DNA of 64,000 nt, taken from the NCBI GenBank assembly GCA_964416445.1, contig CAYQEE010000008.1:6450-70449 (forward strand). The letters run 5' to 3'. The notes below the pieces were generated by a model that saw nothing but the letters and a program-made list of their open reading frames with translations, searched no databases and was not told the origin of the DNA. The translations under genes and the position numbers were made by a program. Of this stretch, positions 27,986 to 37,627 are shown in pieces (position 1 is the stretch's first letter; every line of letters starts with the position of its first letter). This DNA is from an uncultured Gammaproteobacteria bacterium. Its GTDB lineage: Bacteria > Patescibacteriota > Microgenomatia > Levybacterales > UBA12049.

Positions 27986-30163
27986 CCGAAGATTTGTCGG
28001 ATTGACGTTAGTTTTACCGGTGAGTGCAATTGTTTGCCCTAAGCGAATCGATATGAGTTGAGAGGAGAGCAGTTCACGAAGGGAACCTTCCGGAGATTTG
28101 GCTAAGACATAATATGATCCTTGGGGAATTGATGAGAGATCAATAGCATTATTGACAAACGAACCATTCGGATCAGAGGGTGAAAATGAAGCGTTTATGG
28201 TGAGTGTTTGCGTAGGTTTCTGGGTAAAGTCTAGCGAGCGATAGAAAAACAATTGTACCATTCGTTGGGGATGATGAGGATTAGGATTATTTTGTGGATC
28301 AATGCCTTCAAAATGGACAGAGAGAGTACCGATTGCTGGACCAAGCGTTGATGTTCCTGTTGGAGAAGGATTTCCAGTTGTTGTTGGTCCTGTGGTTGGA
28401 CTTTGGGTAAGCGTTGCTGTTGGGGTATCTATTGGTGTGTTTGTTGGCACCGTACTAGGGGTAGTCGTAAGTGTTGGTGTTGCTCCTGTTGTTGGAGTTA
28501 TTCCTTGCGTAATTGCTGTTGTACAAAGTTGTGCATCAGGATCACAAATACCACATGATACGCCTGATTGGTCGCAATCGCTATTTGACGTACATGCTCG
28601 TCCACAGAAATTGCTATTGGTTGGTGATACTGGTTGTGTCGGACTATTCGTTGGTTGTGGAGTATTTGTTGCATGAGGTTGTGTTGGTTGTGGAGTATTC
28701 GATATTTTTTGAGTTGGAGAAGGAGTAATGGTTGTGGTACCGTTTGTATAGGTGACTATTGCCGCACTTGCTGCAGGAACAGTAATTGAAGAATTCGCCC
28801 CAGTTACACTGACTGGTTCTATGGTAGACGGGTTCCATGATCCATCACTTGCGACCGCAGATCCGCCTAACGTAATGCCTGTTGTTGCATTGACTGATGA
28901 TGCTTGTAGGCGAATATCACTTGCATGTCCAAACGATTGTGTTGTATTAATTTGAACCGAAGCAGATTGAGAAAGGTCTTTATTAATTAAAACTACTTGA
29001 AGGTTACCATTCGTATTTCTGATCCCGTAAGCGGTAATATTGACGCCTCCTGTGGAAATTTGAATAGGCAGCATCGTACCATCTGGTGCTGCATAATGAA
29101 ACGCTAACATTCCATAATAGTTAGGTCGAGGAGTATTATTAGAATAAAATATTGAGGTAGCATCACCCGACCATCCATGCACATTCATTCCCGAGGCGCC
29201 CATTTTTGCAAGAGACATAGCATAATCTAAAAGCCAAAGTGAAACACCAAATGCGTCTCCAATATTGGCAGGTGGTACATTTGCAACAGCATTGGTCTCT
29301 CCAAGTTGATACGGTAAATTTTTCGCATGAGTTAATTGCATTCTCGGTTGAAGAGATTGAATGGTTCCTTGCATAAGACTCGGACTTAATAATTGTTGAA
29401 AAGTAGTTGAATTTGCTGTGGGATAATAATGATCTGTTCCCATAACAATTTTTGAACTTTCAGCATTGATAAAAGGAGTATAAAAATCAGAGCAACAATC
29501 GGTTCCTGCTGGACCAACTATTGGAATATTTGTTCCAGCAGCTTGAATTGCAGCCGCTACTGCTTCCCATTTAGTTTGATATTGGCTGTAACTCCATCCA
29601 TATAAGTTTGGCTCATTTCCTATTTCAATACCAATAAGTGTAGATCCTGCTGATTTTGCAACATAGGCAGCATTAGCCGCATCATTTGATGGGTTTCCGT
29701 TTTTTAAATTAACTCCCCAAATAAAACGCCAACCAACTTTTTTAAGAAGAGTAACTGTTGCATCAACCATGGCAGGAGTTTGTACAGTTCCTGACCAGGA
29801 ACAAGAGCCATTCCCTGAAGTGCTCCATGAATCTCCTTCCACAGAATCTCCACCGAATCGAAACGTTGTTGGACCTAAATTTTTAAACATATTTTCTGCT
29901 AATGTGGGATTTTGATTATCTAATACCAATTGTTCACATGGACTATCAGCTGGTTCAGAACTGACTCCAATAAAACCAGTAGGTATAACTGACCCATTAC
30001 TTGCAGGATCTACTGTGACTTGGACATTTGTGCCTGCCGCTTGTTGGTGTAAATTTTGTATATGTTGTGAAAGATAAACCGCTAAACAAATGCCTAAAGT
30101 AATGAAGCAAACTATAGCAATTGTAAGGAACCGATGGTGAATGGGAACAACTAGCGATTTCAT
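27773..30163 (-). CDS. secreted glycoside hydrolase family 79-like (beta-glucuronidase/heparanase fold) with Thr/Pro linker, Cys-rich module and C-terminal dockerin
   Basis: GIEIGNEPNLYG (acid/base NEP), DHYYP, LGETNAV (nucleophile; compare heparanase LGETSSA). C-terminal DINNDNSVDLADYNIL and ADINDDGVVNGIDYNLL are dockerin type-I Ca-binding repeats. Confidence 0.7.
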   Translation of the reverse strand: MKSLVVPIHHRFLTIAIVCFITLGICLAVYLSQHIQNLHQQAAGTNVQVTVDPASNGSVIPTGFIGVSSEPADSPCEQLVLDNQNPTLAENMFKNLGPTTFRFGGDSVEGDSWSTSGNGSCSWSGTVQTPAMVDATVTLLKKVGWRFIWGVNLKNGNPSNDAANAAYVAKSAGSTLIGIEIGNEPNLYGWSYSQYQTKWEAVAAAIQAAGTNIPIVGPAGTDCCSDFYTPFINAESSKIVMGTDHYYPTANSTTFQQLLSPSLMQGTIQSLQPRMQLTHAKNLPYQLGETNAVANVPPANIGDAFGVSLWLLDYAMSLAKMGASGMNVHGWSGDATSIFYSNNTPRPNYYGMLAFHYAAPDGTMLPIQISTGGVNITAYGIRNTNGNLQVVLINKDLSQSASVQINTTQSFGHASDIRLQASSVNATTGITLGGSAVASDGSWNPSTIEPVSVTGANSSITVPAASAAIVTYTNGTTTITPSPTQKISNTPQPTQPHATNTPQPTNSPTQPVSPTNSNFCGRACTSNSDCDQSGVSCGICDPDAQLCTTAITQGITPTTGATPTLTTTPSTVPTNTPIDTPTATLTQSPTTGPTTTGNPSPTGTSTLGPAIGTLSVHFEGIDPQNNPNPHHPQRMVQLFFYRSLDFTQKPTQTLTINASFSPSDPNGSFVNNAIDLSSIPQGSYYVLAKSPEGSLRELLSSQLISIRLGQTIALTGKTNVNPTNLRMGDINNDNSVDLADYNILVDCYGMKTTSSSCKAHNLSDQTKGLFADINDDGVVNGIDYNLLIRNLGNQGY

Positions 30164-30243
30164 TATACTCTTCTTAGCATAGTAAAAACATTCGAGAGAA
30201 ACAAATGCAACAAAGCGAATTTTGCAGGTAAAATACGTTACCC

Positions 30244-31653
30244 TTATTCAAGGCAGGTGAACGGATGATCTTTATCTTGCTGGAACATTCCTGCCCATTC
30301 AACAGCGACAAATCCAGTTCGTTGAATTTTAGGCAGGATAGGGAGATCGATTGTTTGTGGGGTATTCACTGGTTGAAAATTTAAGGTGACGCGAAGAAGT
30401 GTATCAGGAGTTGGACTAATCGTTAAGGGAGAAATATCGTTCAATACTTGTTGAGGAACAAGAGAGATTATGTAGTAAGGTGAGTAAGGTAAGGCGGTTA
30501 ACCAATAGTCGCTAAATTGTTTTTGCTCATTTGCATTTAAACCAAGTTTTGGCAAGAGTGTCGAGAAGAAGTTCTTCAAATCTTTGTATGCTACATTATA
30601 CCCAGTATTTTCTTTTGGAATAAGCGAATTTGGAATTGCTGCTTCGTAGTAGAGATAATCATATTGGGTATGCTCATAGGTAATAGTTCCGTTAGGATTT
30701 CCGAGAATGTTCCATCCTGTTTGTGGATATACCGGAATTGTTGTATTCAGTTTTCCCTTTGGATTTATTTTTACATTGATTGGTTCGGAAACTTGCGGAT
30801 ATAAATAGAGAGCTGGTTTACAAAATGGCCTTGGAAATCCGACTGCTGCACCACCCTGCGTGAAATCAAAGGTATGTAATTGTAACGTCTCATGTGATGG
30901 AAAAGGAGTTATTTGTAAAATAGCATTTGATTCATTTCCTCTTTGTGGACCACCGGTTGGAGATAAATTTGGTGCTGGAGGTGTAATCGTTATGCCATTA
31001 GCTGCGAGACAATTTTTGATTGCATTGGGTACACCAGGTGTTGGATAATCTGGATCTCGAAAATAAATATCAAAACGAGAAGTGCTATTTCCATACACTT
31101 TTGCCGTAGGGTCACAGGAATTATCAGAAGGAGTATTGCCAAAAGGTTTCATACAATTGGCAACACAGACATAAATTAGCTCATCATCAGGGATTGGCAA
31201 GCATTGTTTTGTTCCACTGCTCCAATCTGCAAGTTGATCATATCCTGGTGTTCTACACTCTCCAGGACCACCAGCTAATTCTTGCGAAGTACTCATTATG
31301 ATGGGATGAGGCCCATCTGGATAAGTTGCGACTTGTCCACTATCAGCACTATGTTTAAAACATTGAAAAATAGAACTATTTGATTTCAACAAGTCATACT
31401 GAACTGGTACGTTTTTATATTGTGGATACGTTAATGAAGTAGGTGAACTAAAGGTAATTGTTTTAGTTTTAATTGGTGAACAATCTGCATTATCACAGCA
31501 AACAGCAAGAGGGTTGGGTAAAGGTGCTTTCATAAAAACATTCGTAAAGAATAGTCCACCAGCAATAAAAATACTAAAAATAACAACTGCTATAAGAATT
31601 AATCCTTCAATACTACTTGAACCTTGCTGATCAAATTGGTAAATTCTTTTCAT
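30244..31653 (-). CDS. secreted hypothetical protein, possible type IV pilin-like N-terminus
   Basis: Start placed at MKRIYQFDQQG/SSSIEGLILIAVVIFSIFIAGG (Gly then Glu at +5 then a hydrophobic helix). Remainder Cys- and Pro-rich and extracellular. The ORF extends to 31728 but that would abut the divergent gene. Confidence 0.45.
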   Translation of the reverse strand: MKRIYQFDQQGSSSIEGLILIAVVIFSIFIAGGLFFTNVFMKAPLPNPLAVCCDNADCSPIKTKTITFSSPTSLTYPQYKNVPVQYDLLKSNSSIFQCFKHSADSGQVATYPDGPHPIIMSTSQELAGGPGECRTPGYDQLADWSSGTKQCLPIPDDELIYVCVANCMKPFGNTPSDNSCDPTAKVYGNSTSRFDIYFRDPDYPTPGVPNAIKNCLAANGITITPPAPNLSPTGGPQRGNESNAILQITPFPSHETLQLHTFDFTQGGAAVGFPRPFCKPALYLYPQVSEPINVKINPKGKLNTTIPVYPQTGWNILGNPNGTITYEHTQYDYLYYEAAIPNSLIPKENTGYNVAYKDLKNFFSTLLPKLGLNANEQKQFSDYWLTALPYSPYYIISLVPQQVLNDISPLTISPTPDTLLRVTLNFQPVNTPQTIDLPILPKIQRTGFVAVEWAGMFQQDKDHPFTCLE

Positions 31654-31745
31654 AAAAATCATGAACATTTTGAAAATGTTCCTTCTTCCATAGTATCGAT
31701 CAGTTAGCAAAAATACAAGGGTATGCAATGATATACTATGGAGAC

Positions 31746-32831
31746 ATGAAAAAACTTTACTTTAGTTGGTGCGTACTTATTTTATGTATATTGGTGTATA
31801 GTATTTTGCACCATCTTCCTCGAAAAGTTTCCCCGCGCCTGGAGGCATCTCCAGTGGTTTTAGCAAGTCCGACAACGCAACCATTAGTGAGATCGAGAAC
31901 ACCAACAAGTTATTTATTTGTTCCCTATTGGTCTTTTGATGCAAAACCACTTACGGCGACATATTCAGGTTATGTATATTTTGGTATTATTCCTACTGCT
32001 GATGGTATTGATACAAAAGGTAGTTCGTATACGAAAATTGCGACTTTTACATCAGTAGTTCCACCACAGAAAGAAAAATTTCTTGCTATTCAAATGGTTG
32101 ATGCATCAATAAATGAACAGATGTTACATGATATGAATCTGCAAAAAAAAATAATCGATCAATCACTTGAGATAGCAACATCTAATGGATTTTCAGGAAT
32201 TGTTTTGGATTTCGAATATTCTGCACTTGCTTTTGATTCGGTGACAAAAACAACAACCCAATTAATGACAAACTTTGCACAAACAACTCATCTGAAGAAG
32301 AAAAAATTTTATGCGACAATATATGGTGATGTCTTTTATCGATTACGTCCCTATGATGTTGCGACCATAGGTAAACAGGCAGATGGTGTTTTTGTTATGG
32401 CATATGATTTTCATAAAGCATCAGGAGATCCAGGAGCAAATTTTCCTTTCCAAAAAGATTCAAATGATGATTACGATTTTATGCATATGGTAGCAGACTT
32501 TACGAAGCAAGTTTCAGTCCCTAAATTAACGGTAGTTTTTGGTATGTTTGGTTATGATTGGAAAGTGAATTCAAAAGGACAATCGATTACTACGGCAACT
32601 GCCCTGAGCATAAATCAAATTCAACAATCAATTCTCCCTGCATGTCTATCATTGCACTGTCAAATTCAACACAATAAAACGAGTCTTGAAACACAAGTGA
32701 GTTATATTGATAAACAGCAAATAAATCACATTCTATGGTATGAAGATATTCAATCTTCTCAAGCAAAACAAACATATCTCAGAACAAATGGAATTCAAAG
32801 TTACGCGTATTGGGCTAATGGATACTTTTAA
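31746..32831 (+). CDS. GH18-like (chitinase-fold) secreted protein
   Basis: Signal/anchor MKKLYFSWCVLILCILVYSIL. FSGIVLDFEY resembles the GH18 DG.D.DWE catalytic motif. Start at ATG 31746. Confidence 0.45.
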   Translation: MKKLYFSWCVLILCILVYSILHHLPRKVSPRLEASPVVLASPTTQPLVRSRTPTSYLFVPYWSFDAKPLTATYSGYVYFGIIPTADGIDTKGSSYTKIATFTSVVPPQKEKFLAIQMVDASINEQMLHDMNLQKKIIDQSLEIATSNGFSGIVLDFEYSALAFDSVTKTTTQLMTNFAQTTHLKKKKFYATIYGDVFYRLRPYDVATIGKQADGVFVMAYDFHKASGDPGANFPFQKDSNDDYDFMHMVADFTKQVSVPKLTVVFGMFGYDWKVNSKGQSITTATALSINQIQQSILPACLSLHCQIQHNKTSLETQVSYIDKQQINHILWYEDIQSSQAKQTYLRTNGIQSYAYWANGYF

Positions 32832-32848
32832 ATGATATAATTGCTTGT

Positions 32849-33436
32849 ATGAGTTATTTAATTCCTGGAAAAACGGTTTTTCGGTTTACAACAAAAGACC
32901 ATCAAGAAGCGGTAATTCGGTATCCTCGTTGGGAAGATCTTGACGCTTTACTTTCGTATATTAACGTACTTTCTGAAGAAGATATTTACCTTACTTTTTC
33001 AGGAGAGACAGTAACAAAAGAAGGAGAAATGTATTACCTTACGGAAACATTTAAATCAATCGAGCGAGGCGATATGGTAAATCTCTGTTGCTACATCAAT
33101 AATATCCTTGTTGGAACATGTACAATTTCTCGAGATGTACAATCAAGAAAAAGAAGTTATCATATCGGTATTTTTGGTATTACTGTTTCGAAACAGTTTC
33201 GTCGAAGTGGATTGGGCGAGCAACTTGCTCGGATTACAATCGCTGAAGCACAGCGCACTATTGTAGGACTGAAACTGCTTATTTTAAGTGTCTACAGTCC
33301 TAATATTGCTGCGCAAAGTTTATATAAAAAGCTGGGATTTAAAACTGCAGGAATCGTACCGAAAGGAGTATGGTATAAAGGTACTTATATAGATGAAATT
33401 AAAATGTATTTACCACTCCAAGAGTATATGTTATGA
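32849..33436 (+). CDS. GNAT family N-acetyltransferase
   Basis: FRRSGLGEQLARITIAEAQ acetyl-CoA binding motif A. 195 aa. Confidence 0.7.
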   Translation: MSYLIPGKTVFRFTTKDHQEAVIRYPRWEDLDALLSYINVLSEEDIYLTFSGETVTKEGEMYYLTETFKSIERGDMVNLCCYINNILVGTCTISRDVQSRKRSYHIGIFGITVSKQFRRSGLGEQLARITIAEAQRTIVGLKLLILSVYSPNIAAQSLYKKLGFKTAGIVPKGVWYKGTYIDEIKMYLPLQEYML

Positions 33437-34491
33437 ATACCAAACCTTCCTTATTTGAAACCTTAACTGCACATAAAGAAACAATTTTCCAATTTCTCAA
33501 ACAATATTTACATAAGGAAACAAACACATTCCGTCATGTGAATCATTGGAGTAATGATATTGAAACTCGACTTCTCACATTCCTGCAACAAGGGAAAATG
33601 ATTCGAGGTAGTCTTCTTTTCTATAGTACGCAGCTCTTTGGTGTAACTGACTCGGTAGAAAGTTTACCTGCTGCAGCAGCAATTGAACTTATTCACGCAT
33701 CATTACTGATTCATGATGATATTATGGATCGAGATTATCAACGTCGAGGAAAGCAAACTATTTTTGCACAGTATGAAACATTAGCAATGGAACAAAATTT
33801 ATCTGATTCGTTACATTTTGGAGAAAGCATGGGCATTTGTGTTGGGGATTATGCTATCTATCTTGCATATGGGTTACTTTCCCAAATGAACAAAAGTTCT
33901 CTAACACATCGAATTTCGCGTGAAATTGCTATGGTCGTACTCGCACAAATGCAAGATATAGTAAATGGATATGAGGTTATAGAACCGTCATCTGAAGCAA
34001 TCCTTCATCTCTACACATTTAAAACAGGACGGTATACGTTTGCTCTGCCATTACTTACTGCAGCATTACTTGCAGAAAAGCCGGAATTTGTGGAAGTATT
34101 GGAGAAAATTGGTGAATTACTCGGAAAAATATTCCAAATTAAAGATGACGAATTAAATTTATTTGGTGATGAACAGGTAACGGGAAAACCAACTGGTTCA
34201 GATCTTCGAGAGAATAAAAAAACATTCCATCGTCTCTTACTTCTTGAAAATGCAACCATACCTGAAAGGAAGGAAATTCTTAAGCGGCTAAATAGTAAAC
34301 AGATGAATGCGAATGATTTATCGTATCTTTACGACTTATTACATACCTATCAAATAAAAAAGGTAGTTCAAACAAAAATAGCACATATGACTCAAGAAGT
34401 GAAAACATTGATCAACGCATCCTTGCTTCCTCAATCAATAAAACAAATTCTTTTTGAACTCATTGTTTATAATGAAACGAGGGTAAAATAA
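33433..34491 (+). CDS. trans-polyprenyl diphosphate synthase (GGPP/FPP synthase family)
   Basis: First aspartate-rich motif LIHDDIMDRD and second KDDELN. 352 aa. Overlaps the upstream stop by 4 nt. Confidence 0.8.
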   Translation: MNTKPSLFETLTAHKETIFQFLKQYLHKETNTFRHVNHWSNDIETRLLTFLQQGKMIRGSLLFYSTQLFGVTDSVESLPAAAAIELIHASLLIHDDIMDRDYQRRGKQTIFAQYETLAMEQNLSDSLHFGESMGICVGDYAIYLAYGLLSQMNKSSLTHRISREIAMVVLAQMQDIVNGYEVIEPSSEAILHLYTFKTGRYTFALPLLTAALLAEKPEFVEVLEKIGELLGKIFQIKDDELNLFGDEQVTGKPTGSDLRENKKTFHRLLLLENATIPERKEILKRLNSKQMNANDLSYLYDLLHTYQIKKVVQTKIAHMTQEVKTLINASLLPQSIKQILFELIVYNETRVK

Positions 34492-35240
34492 TGATAAAAT
34501 CTACCGTTTTTGATAAATTTCCTCAGCTGAATAGTATTGCAAAAGAGAAATTTCCAAAACATATTCTTATTATTCCTGATGGAAATGGAAGATGGGCAAA
34601 AGCACAAAATAAATTTGTTACCGTAGGTCATAAAAAAGGCGCTGAAGTAGTAGAACAATTATTAGAAGATATTTCTGAAATTCATGAAATTTCAGCAGTA
34701 ACGGTATGGGGGTTTGCAGCGGATAATTGGAAACGGAGTAGTCAGGAAGTAAAAGGATTATTATTTCTTATTAATTCTGCTGTCAAAAGAACTCTCAGTA
34801 AATTACAAGCAAGAAACGGAAGATTTATTCATTTAGGGAGAAAAGATCGATTACCAAAAGAACTTTTGAAACTTTTTGAAAATGCAGAAGAAGAAACGAA
34901 AAATAACACAGGACAAATCTTGTGTCTTGCAATTGATTTTGGTGGAGAAGATCAAAATGTTCGTATGGTTGATAAAGCCCGTTTGTTACCATCTGATATT
35001 CAGACAACTACTGACTTATTGTGGGAATTGCGTGATGGAAACGGTATTGTGAAAGCAGCAGATTTAATCATACGGACTTCAGGAGAACGACGTACATCAG
35101 ATATAGGATGGTTAAATGGTTCTTCTTCTGAATTGTATTTTATAGATAAGTTATTTCCTGACATCACCACTGAAAATATTGTTGAAGCCCTTATTGATTT
35201 TTCGCAGAGAGAAAGACGATTCGGTGGGAGAAGCAAATAG
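34491..35240 (+). CDS. uppS: undecaprenyl diphosphate synthase (cis-prenyltransferase)
   Basis: HILIIPDGNGRWA signature and a cis-IPPS C-terminus (RERRFGG). Confidence 0.9.
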   Translation: MIKSTVFDKFPQLNSIAKEKFPKHILIIPDGNGRWAKAQNKFVTVGHKKGAEVVEQLLEDISEIHEISAVTVWGFAADNWKRSSQEVKGLLFLINSAVKRTLSKLQARNGRFIHLGRKDRLPKELLKLFENAEEETKNNTGQILCLAIDFGGEDQNVRMVDKARLLPSDIQTTTDLLWELRDGNGIVKAADLIIRTSGERRTSDIGWLNGSSSELYFIDKLFPDITTENIVEALIDFSQRERRFGGRSK

Positions 35241-35267
35241 CAACTCTTTCCATATTCATGGACATCG

Positions 35268-35585
35268 TTATTTTCTTCGAGATGCAACGAGAAAACTTCC
35301 AAGTAAATAAAAAAGTAATAGTTGCCAGAAAAGGATCGAAAGGAGGGTAGTACTCAGAAATATTGCGATGATTTCACGCTTAAATCCATACAGAGTGATA
35401 AGAACTGCAGCTAGTCTTCCAAAAACAAATAAAAGTAATAATCCAAGGAGTGGTGAAAAAATAACGGGAAAAAGAATCGGTTTTCTTGTTACTTCACGAA
35501 TTGAGGTGAATGGATGAAATGTTAGGCCAAGTAAGGTCTTTGTCCAAATATAGGCAATAAAAATAAAGAATGTTCGTTTTTTCAT
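35268..35585 (-). CDS. small membrane protein (possible anti-sigma component)
   Basis: 105 aa, three hydrophobic helices. Downstream of the ECF sigma factor gene on the same strand. Confidence 0.4.
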   Translation of the reverse strand: MKKRTFFIFIAYIWTKTLLGLTFHPFTSIREVTRKPILFPVIFSPLLGLLLLFVFGRLAAVLITLYGFKREIIAIFLSTTLLSILFWQLLLFYLLGSFLVASRRK

Positions 35586-35839
35586 TGGTACGTAAAGCGT
35601 AAAGGGAAAATTCCAAATCCACCAAAGATTCTGAGAATAATATCATCATAGCCCTTCCCAAAGGAAACATGGAAAATAATACTCAAAAGAAAGGCAAGCG
35701 GAATAAGGATACGCCATGGATGATTACCTAACCAGACACTTACCGTTGTAAAAACAGTAGGCATGACCATACCTTTCATGATTCGTTCCTGTTCAAAGGC
35801 CCGGTCTTGAAGCTTATGTAAGAATTCACGCTCGTTCAT
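35582..35839 (-). CDS. small membrane protein, anti-sigma-factor-like
   Basis: Start chosen at an internal Met so the overlap with the sigma gene is short. One TM helix. Immediately downstream of the sigma gene. Confidence 0.4.
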   Translation of the reverse strand: MNEREFLHKLQDRAFEQERIMKGMVMPTVFTTVSVWLGNHPWRILIPLAFLLSIIFHVSFGKGYDDIILRIFGGFGIFPLRFTYQ

Positions 35840-36359
35840 AGGCTTTTTTAAAAGATTGTCTTGCTCGAAAGAGCATACTTTCAGTTGCTTTAAAGGAAAG
35901 ATGAAAAATTGGAGCAAGATCTTTAACGGGAATTTTCTCTTCATAATGGAGCTGTAATATTCGACGATAATCAGTAGATATGCTTTTTAATGCAAGTTCA
36001 ATTCGATCTCTTACTTTATTTTTCTCATATTGGAATTCTGGTTGATGGATCTCATTTGCAACAATTTCTAAAAAAGGAGCTTGAGATAAAAGGATAGATT
36101 TGATTTTTTTCTTTCGATAAAAATCAACAACTTTATTATGAGCTATCGAATAGAGCCATGATCCAAGTTTTTGTTCTTTTTTTAAGAGAAGTAATGAGTC
36201 AACAGCCTCAAAAAATACCTCATTGAGGATATCTTCTGCATCTTCTTTTCGTGGCAACTTTTGCATGAGATATGTCATAATTTGAGGAGAATACTGATGG
36301 TAGAAGGTGATGACCGCTTGACGATCTCCTTGACAAATTTGTTCTATGAGTGACGTCAT
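35826..36359 (-). CDS. ECF-type sigma-70 family RNA polymerase sigma factor
   Basis: Region 2 (VVDFYRKKK) and region 4 (YRRILQLHYEEKIPVKDLAPIFHLSFKATESMLFRARQSFKK). 177 aa. Confidence 0.8.
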   Translation of the reverse strand: MTSLIEQICQGDRQAVITFYHQYSPQIMTYLMQKLPRKEDAEDILNEVFFEAVDSLLLLKKEQKLGSWLYSIAHNKVVDFYRKKKIKSILLSQAPFLEIVANEIHQPEFQYEKNKVRDRIELALKSISTDYRRILQLHYEEKIPVKDLAPIFHLSFKATESMLFRARQSFKKAYERA

Positions 36360-36456
36360 AAGGTTATTATATCAGTCATAGAACAAATTTGAAAATGAAA
36401 AATACGGTAAAACGAATGATTTTGAAGGAATTTACGACTATATAGTAAAGATTATT

Positions 36457-37623
36457 ATGGCAATTACGTTGCGTGACTACCATTTAGCCTCAAAAAGGAG
36501 AGGAGCTCTCGAAAAAGAACTCAATATTACCTTACCCCAAATTGGCAATTTTACTCTCGATGAGGATTATGCATCAACCCATAATTGTGAAAACATGATT
36601 GGAAGTATTCAAGTTCCTCTCGGTGTAGCAGGTCCGTTGAAAATAAAGGACAAAAACATGCAACAAGATTTCTTTTTGCCTTTAGCAACTACAGAAGGAG
36701 CACTCGTTGCATCAGTAGCAAGAGGTTGTAAAGCAATTACTGAAAGTGGTGGTACGCATGTAACAAGTAAACGGGTAGGAATAACTCGTGCACCTGTTTT
36801 TTCAGTCTCTGATATTGCACAGGCAACAGAATTTATAACATGGGTGAAAAGCCACACACAAATCATGAAAGAAATTGCTGAACAAACATCGCACCATCTT
36901 ACTTTGCTTTCCGTTCGCCCTTGGCATATAGGACAGAATGTTTTTTTACGTTTTCAATTTGATACGCATGATGCAATGGGAATGAACATGGCAACAATCG
37001 CGGTATCACGAGTGGTAACTTGGATTGAAGAGCAAACGCGAATTATGTGTAGTGCCCTGTCAGGTAATATGTGTGTTGATAAAAAACCAAATTTTCTTAA
37101 TTTTATTGAAGGACGCGGAATCCAAATATGGGCAGATGTCATCATTCCTGAATCTATTATCTCATCAGTTTTAAAAACAGATAAAAAAAGACTTGTAAAA
37201 ACGGCAAAACAAAAATTGCTCTTTGGATCAATTCTTTCTGGATCAATTGGAGCAAATGCACATGCTGCAAATGTTCTTGCAGCATTATTTCTTGCTACAG
37301 GACAAGATATAGCACACATAGCTGAATGTAGCATGGTTGTTACTGAACTCGAAGAAGTAGCTCAGGGAATGTATGCTTCCGTTTATCTTCCTGATTTAGT
37401 AATTGGAACTGTTGGTGGAGGAACAAATCTTTCGACACAAAAAGAAGCATTAACAATACTTGGTATTCACGGTGGAGATAGCGGAAAAAATGCGATACAA
37501 TTAGCTCAAGTGTTTGGTGCGGCAGTGCTTGCCGGTGAAATTTCATTACTCTCTGCTCTTGCAAGTAATCATTTAGCGTACGCACATCAACAACTTGGCC
37601 GAGGAGGGAAAACGAATACATAA
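36457..37623 (+). CDS. HMG-CoA reductase (class I-like)
   Basis: DAMGMNM motif and ENMIGSIQVPLGVAGPL (ENVIG-type) motif. 388 aa. Confidence 0.85.
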   Translation: MAITLRDYHLASKRRGALEKELNITLPQIGNFTLDEDYASTHNCENMIGSIQVPLGVAGPLKIKDKNMQQDFFLPLATTEGALVASVARGCKAITESGGTHVTSKRVGITRAPVFSVSDIAQATEFITWVKSHTQIMKEIAEQTSHHLTLLSVRPWHIGQNVFLRFQFDTHDAMGMNMATIAVSRVVTWIEEQTRIMCSALSGNMCVDKKPNFLNFIEGRGIQIWADVIIPESIISSVLKTDKKRLVKTAKQKLLFGSILSGSIGANAHAANVLAALFLATGQDIAHIAECSMVVTELEEVAQGMYASVYLPDLVIGTVGGGTNLSTQKEALTILGIHGGDSGKNAIQLAQVFGAAVLAGEISLLSALASNHLAYAHQQLGRGGKTNT

Positions 37624-37627
37624 TTTT

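Noticed and set aside
28302-28676. 124-aa Gly/Val-rich ORF on the plus strand
   Set aside because: It is the complement of the Thr/Pro-rich linker region of the GH79-like gene. The compositional bias explains the open frame.
35582-35944. Longer version of the anti-sigma-like ORF overlapping the sigma gene by 119 nt
   Set aside because: Such a long same-strand overlap is unlikely. An internal Met at 35839 gives a 14-nt overlap and was used instead.
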